Source of the DNA: Harriotta raleighana
Taxonomy: Eukaryota
Assembly: GCA_050575255.1 (NCBI GenBank)
Contig: JBNZDD010013634.1
Location: forward strand, 3,135,538-3,199,537
DNA: 64,000 nucleotides
Direction: 5' to 3'
The translations under genes were made by a program, and so were the position numbers. The first letter of the stretch is position 1, and every line of letters begins with the position of its first letter. Of the stretch, positions 24,854-37,757 are shown one piece after another. The notes below the pieces were generated by a model that had not been told where the DNA came from, made no database searches, and worked only from the letters and a program-made list of their open reading frames with translations.

Positions 24854-27123
24854 TGAGAGCAGCTCTGATAAGATAAGGAAGATAAACAAAATTACAGTAC
24901 AGTATATGCCTTTTTTGGCTCCAGTATTGGTGTCATGAACCACCACAGAAAATGCTAGCAGGCAAACAATCCTCCTCCATGTATACGTACCCAGAAAACA
25001 TGCGGCACTGCTGTTTTCACTGTAGTAATTCTTTAATTATTGCGTCTTCTAATTATATTGTTACCCTTTAATACCAAAATACCCAAGAATATTGCACAGC
25101 GGGGGATTTTATTTGCAAGCAGAGCAATTATGCTGTTCCTCTGGTTTTTTATTAATTATGCAGCGTCTGTTATTGGACAGTGGTTTAATGATGGTAGCTT
25201 TACTCCAAACTAATCGGATAGTAGCGGTCTTCTTGCTGTGCTGTGTGATGGTAAAATGTTGTCAATCTGATGCCAGATGGTCTCAGTTTACCAGTAATCT
25301 GAATGACAACCTCTTTCAGTCCTGCCAGCCTGTTGTAATGCAGAGTGGACAGTAAATTTTTGACCGCATTTCAGACCAGGACATTGCTGAACAGTGGAAA
25401 CAAGAGCTGAGCCACCACTGTTAATTAAACAACCATAAAGCTTGGCTTAAATCATAGCGCATCTGACCTTAGAGAACTCTTCAATAAAATTAGCGGTCTG
25501 TAGAAACAGCAAAATGCCAGCTCCAGGTTTAAATAAATCAGTGTTGCTTGAACTGTCACCAAGTCACTTTTCCTTAGAGATTGCCTAATGTTGGCTTTGT
25601 GCCCTGTGTGTAGTTCCCACGGACAGAACTCACTGTACTTGGATTTAAATTCAGTGACAGCAGTCACAGATTTCTTGCATTTTAGCAAGGCTGCTGGAGG
25701 TGATCTTGCGCACATCAGTGGATTGGATTCAAGTACGAGAGGATGACTGGGGATATTGGGCTTTTGGGATAAATAGTCTCTTGTTGATGATAGTGGGACA
25801 ACATTCATGCTGAATGTATGGCGAAATCCATGACCGGTATACTCAACTTGTAACTAGATGATAGCTCGGTGGCAAGAACGCAAGGCAAGGAAAGTTTGTC
25901 TGAAATACTTTTGAAATACCCAGACTTCAAGTCTGAATCTTGAAGCAAGATTTACAAAGTCCGGGTGGGACTTTCTTTCCAGTGGTTGTCACAATACTGA
26001 AGAATTGCTCTGTTGATCCGACTTGTGAGGAGAATTGGTAACAAAATCAAGAATTAAGCCGTAGGCTACTTTAGACATTCTGAGAAGGATGATGTTTTTA
26101 GTCATTCATTCCCCATTCTAAGGACTGGAAAAAAATATTCAGGCATTCACAGGTTATGAGGAGAGATTTAGAAAGTTTGTGTTGTTTCTTTGCCCTTTAC
26201 ATCATTCGAACTGTCAGTGTCCTGTATTTTTCCCTGACCATCTTGTTTCACGTGTCAATACCTGTGTTAATCCCTTTAGTGAACAGACTGTGACTTAACA
26301 AGCTCTGGCAACCTTTCTTTGATGCTGTACTCCTCACCCTGTGTATACTGTACATCAGTACTGTATCTATAGGCACATGGAAAATAAATGATGAAGAGAT
26401 GGCCAGATTTAGCACTTCTGATCATTAGCGCGTTATGAATAGCTGGACATTCTGGCTGCATGTATCAAGCATGGTACCTCACTGATAACTGATCGTACCT
26501 ATCTCTAACCAGTAAGGAATTAAGACAAATGATTATCCCACTACGTAAGGTCACAGACGAGCACAGAGGTTTTCTTGTACTCTGGACAAGTAGATCAGGC
26601 TTCTGTAGATACCTGCCACGAAGTGTAAAGAATAAATCTTGATGGATGCGCTGATGTCAATTACTGTCTCTCAAAGTTGAAGCCTGTTGACAAAATTGAA
26701 ATCTTCTATGCAATGACTGTCTTTAGTTTCAAAGAATTCTGAATGACTTGCCACGTACCCATACGACACAGTGGATGTGTGGAACATAGGTGCCATATAG
26801 GTATGTGGCAAGCAGAGTCCCATCATGGCTAGCAAGTGAGTTGTCCATCAGTTTATCATGTTGATCCTCCGGTACAGCATTGGAACAGCATTGGCAGATG
26901 CCTGGCACAACAGGTTGCCCATCTCCTATCCTGACTGGCTACAAGTGAAGTGCAGTCCGGGGTGATAAATGGGCAGAGGCAATACTTGTCAGTAAATGGG
27001 TTTTCCTTTTACCAAAAGTGGCCACAGTAATTTCAAGATTGCAGTTGAATATTAGAGTTCAGGTCGCACCTTCAAGCCCCCGTTGGTCCCTTTTCAATAT
27101 TGCTTTGAACATTCCAGGGTGAA

Positions 27124-27440
27124 GGGGCTCGTGTGGCTCAGTGGTTAGAGTACTTGCCTTACATGCCTGAGACCTGTGTTCGAATCCAGGCAGATCAGGG
27201 TGAAACCTTGGGCAAGTTTCCTTACTCCATACGCCTAATAATAATCCCTCCAAAAAAAAACCACAATAATAAAATTGGTCATTTCAATCCATGACTGTTT
27301 GTGGGACACTGCTGTGCGCAATTGGCTGCCGCGTTACTTCCACAAATATACAGTCAATTCACTTTACAGTTTATTCTGTGAAGTGCTTTGGGACATCGAT
27401 AAGATGTGAAAAGCGCTATATGAAAGGATTGTTATTATTG
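27124..27440 (+). mobile_element. Full-length young tRNA-derived SINE (~315 bp) with Pol III A and B boxes
   Basis: A box tggctcagtgg, B box gttcgaatcc, an internal A-rich linker, and a Deu/L2-type tail. A second L2-like tail follows at 27441-27472. Confidence 0.93.
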
Positions 27441-30400
27441 AGGGTGCTATATAAATGCAAGTTGTTGTTGTTTACTGGCCTGTATATGGCATGACTCACT
27501 GTATATGGCATATCTGGGAAAATAGTAGCTGAAATCAGATGCTGTAAATGTAATTGAAATCTCCTGCCTGAAGCACTGACGATCTTGTGAGAATTTTTTT
27601 TACTCCAAGGAATGTTTTACACCTGTCAATATTCAATCGGTTTTGCGGTTTGATGAGGCAAAAGTGGGAGACGTCTGGGACTTGTGAATCCTGTAGGAAG
27701 TTATTAAAATAAAGGTCAGATTCTCCAGTTATTTAAGTCATCAAAGGAATATTATTTAATTTATTTTAGCATACGTATAAATAGATAAAAGAATCGCTGT
27801 ACACTTTTATAGATTTCTGAATGCCTCCTTGGGCTCCCTTTTGGACCTTTGATACCAGGCTTTGATCTGAGGTTTGCAATAATTAGTCAGCAGAAAAACC
27901 TTGTTCAGAAAGAGCTTGTTGTTTTGTTTGTGACTAGAGTTCATTGCACTTTCTTAAAACTGCATTGTGAAGCCCAGTGTTTATGTTTTGCATCGTTGCA
28001 TTAGCTGACCAGTAGAAACAGACCGGGTCTAAAATTCCACTCAATACACTTTTGTATTGCCGAGTTATTTGGGCACCTTCAGTAAATTTGGTTAGTCATT
28101 TGCAAACCAATTCATTCCCACTAGAGCAGTTCCTATAAAACTATTGTCCACAGTTTTGTGGTCAATATTATTACAGAAGAGAAGAGCTGGTTAATGTGAA
28201 AACTGAAGATCTCTGTCAAGTCGGTCAATAACAGTTAAAATGACTTTTTTTCTCAATCATTTGGCCAGTAACTGCAGTGCTGTGCAATTCACCTTTTAGC
28301 TGATCAGTAGCCTATGATTGCTCTTGCCAATGCAACTGATGTAGTACAAGATTATCTGCAAACTCTAGCCGGGATAGATAACAGTGGCTTAGATAGAAGT
28401 TTGCCCCTGGTACTGAAATAAACTGTGATAATTGACACATATCAGACAACAAAATCTCAGTTCAGTGTGAGTGAACATGACAGACCTATCCAGTATCCAT
28501 CTCTTGTCTCAAACATGCCACACGCGTACACATCTAACCTACAATCATACAGGTTCTTTGCTGATCCAATATAATGCATGCTTGCACACTGAATTAGTTG
28601 AACCAAACTGTAAGCAATTGGCTATCAAAATAATGTGTTATAAAGAATTTTCAGAGCTTCTCTGATTAGTTTTCCATTCTGTTCCACCCACCGATTTCCC
28701 CCATATTTCACTACCTATTCATCATTCATCTCTAACCAGTTTTCTTATAGCTGGGAAAACAATGTATATAAGACCAGTCGGTGCTGAATCATAAGGTGGC
28801 TTCATTGCTACTCGAGAATGTGCTCAGATGATAAGTCCAACTGACAGCTAATGGAAGTTACAAGTAGCAGCATTGCTTATCCTAGCACTGGCTTTGAACG
28901 CTTGGAATTTGCAGGCCTAGAAGGTGAGAGTGAACTCTTAAGGTGTTGATTAACCAGCATAAAGGTCACACAGCAAATCAGGAGGGAGAAGAGGAGGGAA
29001 AAGGTGTGTGTCATTGGATGAAGTCTCAGTAAGAAATGTGCTTATACATGTTGCTGTGATTGAGACCATTGTTTTATGTGGTTACAAAGCAAATTAAACA
29101 AAGGCCTGGGATATACAATTTGATCTGTACATAATTGGGTATCAATCATTGATCTTCTGAATTAAAAACTTTAATTTCCCACAAGTGACTTTGAAATATT
29201 ACTACAGCACATTGCAAACAATTCAGACTTTATTGGGTTATTCTCTTTCCTTCTGGGCTTTAATATTTAAAGAAAGATGAATTAAATAGATGGAGGTTAC
29301 CTCAGAATAGAGTGAGTAAATCTACAAGTGCCATAATGTATTATTTCATAAGTGATTTGAATAAATGAGCAAGAACCTCATATCTGGCAATTTTGTTATT
29401 TATAACAGAATGGTTTGTTTGGTAACTACTTTTATTACACCTTTTACCGTTTTTACAGCTGTAGTTGATTACTGCACTATGACTAACATCAATTAAACCA
29501 AATATTATGGGCTTGAATTTGGTTAACCTAAACCAAGTGTTTTTCATTTAAAATGACTGCACTTCATGGGAGCTACAATTCAGGGTAGATGTGATTTGCT
29601 CTATTGATGCATGTCACCATTTTTATGTGGACCTGAAATCCATGCTTCAATTGACTCTGGTGTTACCTGTAAATGTGACAACACTTGTGCATGTCTGTGC
29701 AACAGAACTCTAGTGTTTGGGAATAATTATGCAGCAATCTCTCACTATGTATGTCCCAGTGGTAATGGACACATGGGGCATTAATTCATAACTCATTTTG
29801 CCACTCTATAATCCTCAAGGTCAGACAGAAAATTGTTAACAATGAAGTACAAAAATACTGAAGGGCAAAAGATTGCATGGTGTGCTGAAACACCAGCTCT
29901 GTCTCTGGACAAATTGCACATGAAGAGGTATGTAAGATATTCATTGTAAGATATCTGTTACATAATTGATCAGTCTGAATCTTTCCAAAGATTGAACACA
30001 TGTACTGACAAAGGAAGCTCAGTTTTAGCAGCCTGGTTACACATGCCCAGGCAATGGCTGAGAAATGAAGCAAATCAGATCCTGGGACATGTTTTCTGCA
30101 AAAAAATAATTTTTAAAAAAAATCTCCCCAGTTCAGTTGTTTGTCCTCATGGAAACCATTTCCAAAGAGGAACTCATCACACGTTAGCTTAATCTTCAAA
30201 TCATAGCCAAACACCAATATTTAATTTCAACGAATATGACTTTGAACTTTGGATAGTTTCTTAACAGTCAATGCTCTGTGTACATACGGTGAGGCTACAC
30301 CTGTAATATTGTTTGCCCAAGATAAATCAGCTTTGCAAAATGTGCTGAAAGCAGCACACATCTTTCATTTACAAATATTGTGTGGCATGGCCTGTTTGTT

Positions 30401-30699
30401 CTACTGTCAGTGTGTAGACTGTTGGTTGTGTATTTCCTCTTATGTAAAAAGCTAGAGGAGAGAATAGACCCATCCATTTCCACATTGCCACTGGGATAAT
30501 GATACCCTCCAACAGTATTATCAGGGGAAAGACTTGGCTTCTCTTGTTTACTCAATCAGTGGCTGTGAGTTGCCATTTGGCATGCCATTGCATCAAAAGC
30601 TCTCAACCTGCCCTCAGAGCTTTAAAACATCCTACACTGTGATTTGATTTCAACCAGGTAATTGGTCACCTGAGACTATTCAGACTGGATGACAGCAAC

Positions 30700-31130
30700 C
30701 TTGTCTCCTGCTGTGCTATTGACTCTGGAACTGATGAATTAAAGCCCCCATTTTGGGACTTTGAACTCACAGTTGAGGCTGACAATCCAATCCAGTGCTG
30801 GGGTGATGATGCGTTTCTTGGAGAGAATGTCCTCTGGTTGAAACATTGAACCAATGTCCCTGCCTGTTTAGGTGAGCCTTAAAATCACTTAACACCATTC
30901 AAAAAAAAAAAAATTAGATGTAAAGTTCTCTCAATGTCCTGGCCAACAATCTCCCAGATAAATTGGTCATCACTTCATGGCTGTTTGTTGGACTTTACTT
31001 TGTGCAATTTGGGCTTCCAGATTTGTCTACAAAACACACAGTCACTACATTTTTCTACAGTAAATTCTGTGAAGCATTTTGATACTTTACCTGGTATGGA
31101 AAACAAAATACAAAGGTCAGGATTATTATT
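30700..31130 (+). mobile_element. Near full-length Deu-domain SINE (SacSINE1/AmnSINE1-like)
   Basis: aggctgacaatcc..cagtgctgggg..gaaacattgaacc..tgtcctggccaaca..ttggtcat..gctgtttgttgg..ctgtgaagcatttt follows the Deu domain in order. Confidence 0.8.
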
Positions 31131-31679
31131 AAAGTTGGTCCCAGTGATTGAAGCTTCCTTCTTAGCACCTTATCTGTGATTAGTGATCTCTGCTTAGTTA
31201 TTTTTTATTTCCCATTGGTAAAGAACAGGCAGAGGAATTCTAATTGGTTTGGCTACAGTTAGAGCACAGGCAAAATGGGCTCCTTCTTTGCTATATGTGT
31301 TCTGTGGTCCAAGTTTTTCTGGCTTTGGGGTTGTTGGAAACACTACCTTCAATATTGTGACCAAATAACATAATGTACAGTAAAGATGTTTCTCCAATGG
31401 AAATGAATGATAGCTCTGTTATGAGAGTAACAAAACAGTCAGTATTTTTTCTTCAATTATTTTGTGGTTGATCAGCTCAGCTTCTCCTTACGTTAATAGA
31501 CAAAGTTTTAATTGGTGTATCAAACATGGCACAATTTACGGACTATTAACAACTTAGATTGGAGCACAGAGCATTTGCCATGTCACTGACTGAAGGATCT
31601 AATCTATGGTGTTCAAAATGTCAAAGCATTTCAAACAAGCATTTGGCCAGGAAGGAAGGTTTATGAAATTCCCTTGTGG

Positions 31680-31709
31680 ATAATGATAATAATAATAATA
31701 ATAATAATA
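31680..31709 (+). repeat. (AAT)n microsatellite
   Basis: Direct read. Confidence 0.95.
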
Positions 31710-32149
31710 CTCAAAGTATTAATCTGCCTGCAGAAACCTACAGAAATGAATGGCTGCCCAGATTTTGTTTCATTCTTAACTCCTTTGGTATATTCTTCGC
31801 ATTGCATGCACATATGCTCGTTCATTGATGCTGAAATACCATGTCAGCAAGGTTAGGGTGTTTGTACAGTATTTTGTACCGTAAATAGAATGTCATCAAG
31901 CAATAATTAACTTGAGCATTGATCCAGGCTGAAGTATTCAGCCTGTCTGTACTTGGTTGGTTAGGACGTGCTTTCAACCAGGGTAAAAGCTGCAGGTTTG
32001 GTTTTGAGTTTGACGGCTGTTTTCCACTAAGATACAAATGGATTAGGATTGAAATCTAAGTGGCTAAACATAAAAGTCCCAGGTCAGTACATGAGCCGAT
32101 TGGTTTCTTTTGAGTCTGATTAGCTCAGCTTTTTGTGGGGGTAAATTTT

Positions 32150-32285
32150 GACCAGACAAATCCCCCTCTCAAACCTTTTCTTCTCTTCAATTGTGAATCA
32201 AGATTACTGTTAAATGCATTGATGCTTTGTTCTGCCAGTGTATTCAGAAGAACAGTGTTCCGGGATAAAATGAGCATACGCAGTA
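32150..32285 (-). mobile_element. Decayed CR1-like 3' end
   Basis: The reverse-strand translation SINAFNSNLDSQLK resembles the CR1 ORF2 terminus (xxxFKxxLDxxL). Confidence 0.4.
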
Positions 32286-33082
32286 GATTAAACCGAGTTA
32301 TTAGTTGAAGTGGTAGCACTACGATTGAAAATCATAGGAGTGTTAAGTGTGCGTTTGATGTGAACGACATTCCGCTCAGGCCCAGATGGGTTTCCCCAGT
32401 CTCTATAGCTCCTATTGTTTGCAGGTGGGAGCGTGGGCAGAGCAGAGTCTCTGTAATAATGTGATTTTTCTTTTTGCATTGTGAGGGAGTACACAGCAAG
32501 GCAGCCCACAGCAAGGCCCGAGTTTTCTGATCTTTTAACAAACCATCTGAACATAGCAGGGAGGCAGGCAGTTCACGACTCCTCTGTAGCATAAGACAAC
32601 GATTCAAAACTCCTCTTATGCACATCACAGCAATCGGAACGAATGAGAGGAGTTGCAATACAAGTACATTCGAAGTACAAGGATCTCTTCAAAGTTACTA
32701 TGACAACAGAGGATGACATTTTAGGAAATTCATGAGCTCGGAGGATGAATTGTAATGTGTGGCTGCTGCATGTCTTATTTGCTGGACCTTGTTTTATCAG
32801 TGAGGGCATATCGCGTTGCATCGACATCCTTCCTCCCCAGTTTCAAAGCCCACATTGATCACTCCTTCGGGCGACATGCTCCAACAACGACTTGCATTTA
32901 TGTAGTATCCTTCATGCTATAAAACACTGCCAAACAAGCAGTGTGCAGGCATATGACTATCACGCTGAGACTGGTCACTAAAATTGCACAAACGTATCCC
33001 AGGATGACTTGTTCCGTCGTGGAGAAAGAGTTTCCATGTTTTTTTTCACACTCTCTGTTTTGTCTTGATTCTCTTTCACTTT

Positions 33083-33106
33083 CTCTCTCTCTCTCTCTCT
33101 CTCTCT
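33083..33106 (+). repeat. (CT)n microsatellite
   Basis: Direct read. Confidence 0.95.
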
Positions 33107-33454
33107 CATTCACTCTCTATCTGTGTGCACTTAGGCTCTGTGATTGTGGCCTGCAATGTGCTTAATTCAGAAACAAAATTATCATAATCATTCAACACTA
33201 TAAATACTCAACACCAATCACCCTCCAAATGGGGAGGAAGCTGTTCCACAGATGTTTCAGGCTAAAGACTATTCAGGGGGATCTACGTGCTGTATTAATT
33301 CCCACTGTTGAGTACCATCACCGGAGCCACAAGCCAGTGCAAAATAACTCCACTGACTGCCTACTGAGAGGGAGCAAAAAGAGCTGGACCAGTCTAAACA
33401 TCACCAGAGGCTGTTATTGTCATTGTGCCGTATCATACACAAACACCTCACAGA

Positions 33455-33700
33455 GTTTTTCTTTCCCCTCTTTCTCCCCTAACCCGACTTCCACGACTGT
33501 TTGTGGGACACTGTTGTGCGCAATTTGGTTGCCGCGTTTCGCCCACAAATATACAGTCAATTTTCCTACTCTCCTTCCCCCTACCCCGACCCCTCCCCCC
33601 CCGCTCTGGTCCCTACCTGACTGTTCAGTGCCTTGGGATGTCCTCCCGACGTGAAAGACGCTACATAAATGTAATTGTTGATTGATTGATTGATTGAATG
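33455..33700 (+). mobile_element. Chimeric L2 3' UTR (type 2) containing an internal SINE segment (33490-33562), with a (GATT)n tail
   Basis: The pyrimidine-rich L2 UTR is interrupted by tccacgactgtttgtggga..acagtcaatt and resumes to ctgactgttcagtgccttgggatgtcctcccgacgtgaaag. Confidence 0.8.
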
Positions 33701-34239
33701 ATTGAAAGTGAATTGCTTTGAAGTGTGGTGCCTGTGGTTGATGTATTGGCATTCACAGCTGGGATGTGTGGTACATGCCAGCAGTGCCGGGTGATGCAGG
33801 TCACATTCTTGGGAGCTCCGTCACCTCTGGGCTGCATCCGATCAAGGCTTCTGGACAGATCCACGTGATTGAGATGTTCCTTTTCAAACCATCTGAAATA
33901 ACAATCAATGAACGACATTTTATTTATAGTCCATTCTTTTGTTATGATGTGCACTGAACTAATCTACTCGGAAACCAGTTAATCTAATTCTGATTTATGA
34001 ACCCATAAAATATAACTATGTCCTTCATTCTGAATTACACTGGAATTATCAGGAACTTTTGGGGGAAGCTTGTCACAGCAAAGATGATTTATCTCTCCCT
34101 TGTAGATCAACCAGTGACTCTGAAGGTTTGTAGATTCCACGTTTAACACCTTTGGTTCTGTTCAATCTACTGTGCACAAGTATAAGATTGCTTTGCATTT
34201 AATATGGGAGGGGGTGGGCGGAGGTGGGGCTAGGCACGT

Positions 34240-34600
34240 CATCTAAAAGTGCTTCACACAATTTGCTGCAAAGTGCAGTGGTGTAGAACTATTATTAGAT
34301 GTTATGTGTAGTATTATATGGGAGAATTTGTGAACAGCAATCTACCACAAACAGCTACATAGTGAATGCCAAATTTTGCCCAAAGGTTTGAGAGGCAGGA
34401 CACTGAAAGAAACTCCCTCGCTTTTCTTATTAGAATTATTATGTCTCACGCGAGGCAGGGTGCGTCTGATATTGCAGTGTTCCCCCAGCTTTGCCTTGCC
34501 CGGCCTAGATAATATGAGCTCACAAATCCCTACATGGGAATGAACCCACAACCTTCTGACTCTAAAGTGAGAGTGCTACCAGCTGGGCCTAGGCTGACAC
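34240..34600 (-). mobile_element. Deu-domain SINE (SacSINE1-like), near full length
   Basis: The reverse-complement head is gcactctcactttagagtcagaaggttgtgggttca. The body contains caggacact and ccacaaacagc. Confidence 0.8.
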
Positions 34601-35614
34601 ACATATTCACTAGTTAACACACAAGTTGATTCTCAGCAGAATGTGGACAGGAATGTATATGCTTCTTTCCCTAAAAGATGTATTCAGATGAAACCCGCGC
34701 TTGCACAAGGGCTATTCCAACTGGATGTGTTGACTTCTCTCTCCCATTGTCACAACACTCTAAATACATAGTGAGCGGGGTTTGGGCAGATGCTGATGTG
34801 CTTAGAGATGCCTTCAGATTTGTTTTTACTTACATCTGGCAGACATGAATTCCACATCAATCCACGTAAGTGCCAAATTTCGAGCAGTGCGCCGTGGCCA
34901 ATGTGCGGTAAATTTAATTTGAAAATGTGAGAACAGATGTATGCAATGAAATAGTGACATGATGGACTGTTCCAGCCACTGCCAAGTGTACTCCAGACAG
35001 TGATCTATTTGTCTTTTGTATTGGTGTAAAATTGTAGAATAAGTTTGCTTTTTCAATCCGTCCCCCCTCACCCACCCCAGAAGAAATGTTGGAAGTAAAT
35101 ATAAAAGAGGGCAAACTGCATTGTTGTAGCTTGTTCCCATGGTTATAAATCCCACCCCTGGAGGCACTGTGCGTTGTGTTATGGTTCCAGTTCATAAATT
35201 TTAATTGATAGTTTTTTTTTCTTAAGTAGCATCGTGATCATTAACGCGAAATTGGTTAATAGCAGATGGTATTACATGTTTTGTGTACTTTCACTGTATT
35301 TATCTCATTTTGTACAGTACTTTGGACAGTATAAATGTCCAAACAAGAGCTATTTGTTTTTGGTTGGAAGGTGCTCAAAGTAGATTTGAAGGCACTTCAA
35401 TAGTCAAACGATTCCCACAGACAAGACATTGACAGGTAGCAGGTACCTGTTAGCTGCTTCTCACTGTAACGAGAAATTGCTGCTGCTTTTTCTCGGAAAC
35501 TTGCTCTCATTTTGCTCCTGGCCTGAAAGAGCGGACTCTTGTTGGGATTCTGTGGGTGCCAACAACCTCCAGTATCTCAGCTAAGTATCAATGCTTTTAT
35601 ATCAACCTAGGAAT

Positions 35615-35756
35615 CGCACTCTTCCCTCTGAGTCAGAAGGTTATAGATTCAAGTCCGGACTTGCGAGTCAAAAAGGCTGCGCTGACACTCCAATTCAGTG
35701 CTGGGGTTGTGCTGGATTGTTGGAGGTGCCATCCTTTGGCTGAGACATTAAACCAC
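35615..35756 (+). mobile_element. Deu-domain SINE 5' half (SacSINE1-like)
   Basis: gcactcttccctctgagtcagaaggttatagattcaagtcc..gctgacactcc..ttggaggtgccatcctttggctgagacattaaacc. Confidence 0.85.
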
Positions 35757-35839
35757 TTCTTCTCCAGGTGTTGCATGTCAACCTGGAATGTCAACCTAGA
35801 CCAGCAGAAGCCAAAATACAACTGAACACATTTTTGAAT

Positions 35840-35895
35840 TCCATTTGTATAGCGCCCATCACGCCAAGAGGATGTCCCAAAGCTCTGGACAGTTC
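35840..35895 (-). mobile_element. L2 tail fragment (type 2)
   Basis: catttgtatagcgccc..ggatgtcccaaagctctggacag. Confidence 0.7.
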
Positions 35896-37629
35896 AAAGA
35901 ACCGGTTGGAGATCCATTGCCTAGATTATGCTCTCCAGTCCTGATATAGGGCTTACCCACACCCTCCAGGTGTCAAACACAGTACCTACTGAAGCAAGCT
36001 GACAGTTCTCGCTTTATTGTTGGGAATCGCTGAGCAACGAGAAGAGGCACAAGGGATAGCTGTCAACGGGCTGCACACTTATGCTCAGTACAGTAGCAGC
36101 CGAGGCTTGGGAGCATGTTGTTGGCCTTGTCTATAGACTCCAGATGGTGTGTGAGCTGCAGAGACCGGCGGAGCTGGGTACAAATAAAAACAATTTCATG
36201 CTCTCGCCAATGAAAGAAAGTTTGCAGATCCATTTCACAAAAGCGGCAGCATGGTGTACAGATGTAGAGCCAATTGCTGGTCAGCTGTACAAATAAACCC
36301 GACACACAGCAGACAAAAGACTTGCGCCTTGATTGACGTGTGGCTCGGCAGTTCCTTTGTCTGTTGCAGTTTCCAGACCGAGACTCCAATCACTCTTTTT
36401 GTTGTGCGTTACATTACAGTGGTATCAGTGTGACTCCTTGTACGCAATGTACTGCACATCATTATTTGGACGTTGATGTGAGTGGTGGGCTAAAGAACCA
36501 AATCTTTACCGAGATACTTTACTCAGTGTGAAACTCTCATCTTGTGAGTTTTCCACTGAGCTCTGCTTTATTGCTTTGCTGTCTTAAATTTTGCTTTTCA
36601 TTCATTCGATGCGGATTAAATTTTATAATTGTGCTAGACTCTTGCAGAATTGCTTGCTCTCTGCGACCCCATGGGTCTGAAATGCTAATGATTGAAACAG
36701 AGACAGAAGCTTCCAATGCTGAGTCTGAGGTTAATGCTGTTCAGAGGTAAATGCAGGTTTTTGCCGGAGAAGGGGTTAATGGGCAACTCCATTTAAATTC
36801 CACTGTGCATGAGCTGAGAGAGCACTTTACAGTTATCAATACAGTTAATTCTCTTTGTATCCGATAAAGCAGCGCTGCTATTTCTGGGAATGTATGTGAC
36901 TGGTGTGCTTCTCTTTTAAACACTGTGTTAGATTGCAGCCATTATCTCTTCATCCAGTGCTGAGTCTGCAGCTGCCTTAAGAACATTCTGTTGTTGCATT
37001 TTGTGGGCCAGACAGCAAGTTGTGTTGCAATGCTTGCTTTTTTTTGGGTTGCATTTTACATAATGCAGCAAGGACGCAGGAGGAAAATGAACAGGAACTG
37101 AATCAGGAAACGCTTTCGAAAGATATCACCTTTCTCTTTGCTGCACTTTGTTTATTGGCGCTCCCCCATTGTGGAAATTTACTACAGTCCTTGATTTTAT
37201 TTTGTGTCAGAGAAGATCTGTTTTTATCCGCCCCATGTTTCAGCTCTGCTCTGCTGCTACGACAGGCTAATGTCCATGAATTGGCGGTGTTTTGCAGCAT
37301 GAGTAGAGAATAAGCTCCTCGGTTGAACCAAAATCATGACCTTGCATAGCCCAAAAGGGCAGAGTTCAATTCGCTACTCATCAGCTCTGTGTGTTTCTTC
37401 CATTAGATAAATGTTCCACAAAAGATCTGCTGTTTCCTTGCACTGGAGTAACACACTTCAGTTGCTACCTCCAAAACCTGTGGAGGAGGTTTGATGATCT
37501 GAATCAGAGGACTTTATTGATAGATTGTAAAATTATTAGTTGGGGAAATGCGAGGACCGAAACCAAGCATGTTGGGTTTGGAGATGGCAACTCACAGTAA
37601 TGTTGGTTCACTTTCTTTTAAGAAAGAAT

Positions 37630-37757
37630 CAATTGGTTGCCGCGTGTTGCCCACCAAATATGCAGTCGATCCACTCTACAATATATTTTGGAAAGTTGCT
37701 TTGAGACATCTCGACAATGTGATAAGGTGCTCTATCATATGTAAGGATTATTATTAT
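37630..37757 (+). mobile_element. SINE 3' half
   Basis: caattggttgccgcg..gtaaggattattatt. Confidence 0.82.

Noticed and set aside
27124-27200. tRNA-like cloverleaf with A and B boxes (also 52015-52088)
   Set aside because: It continues into the SINE body and lacks a proper acceptor stem, so it is a SINE head rather than a tRNA gene.
32410-32460. Acceptor-like tttgcag|gtgggagcg, considered as the next BRSK2 exon (VER...)
   Set aside because: It translates as VGAWAEQSL, not VEREIAILK, and reaches a stop codon shortly after.
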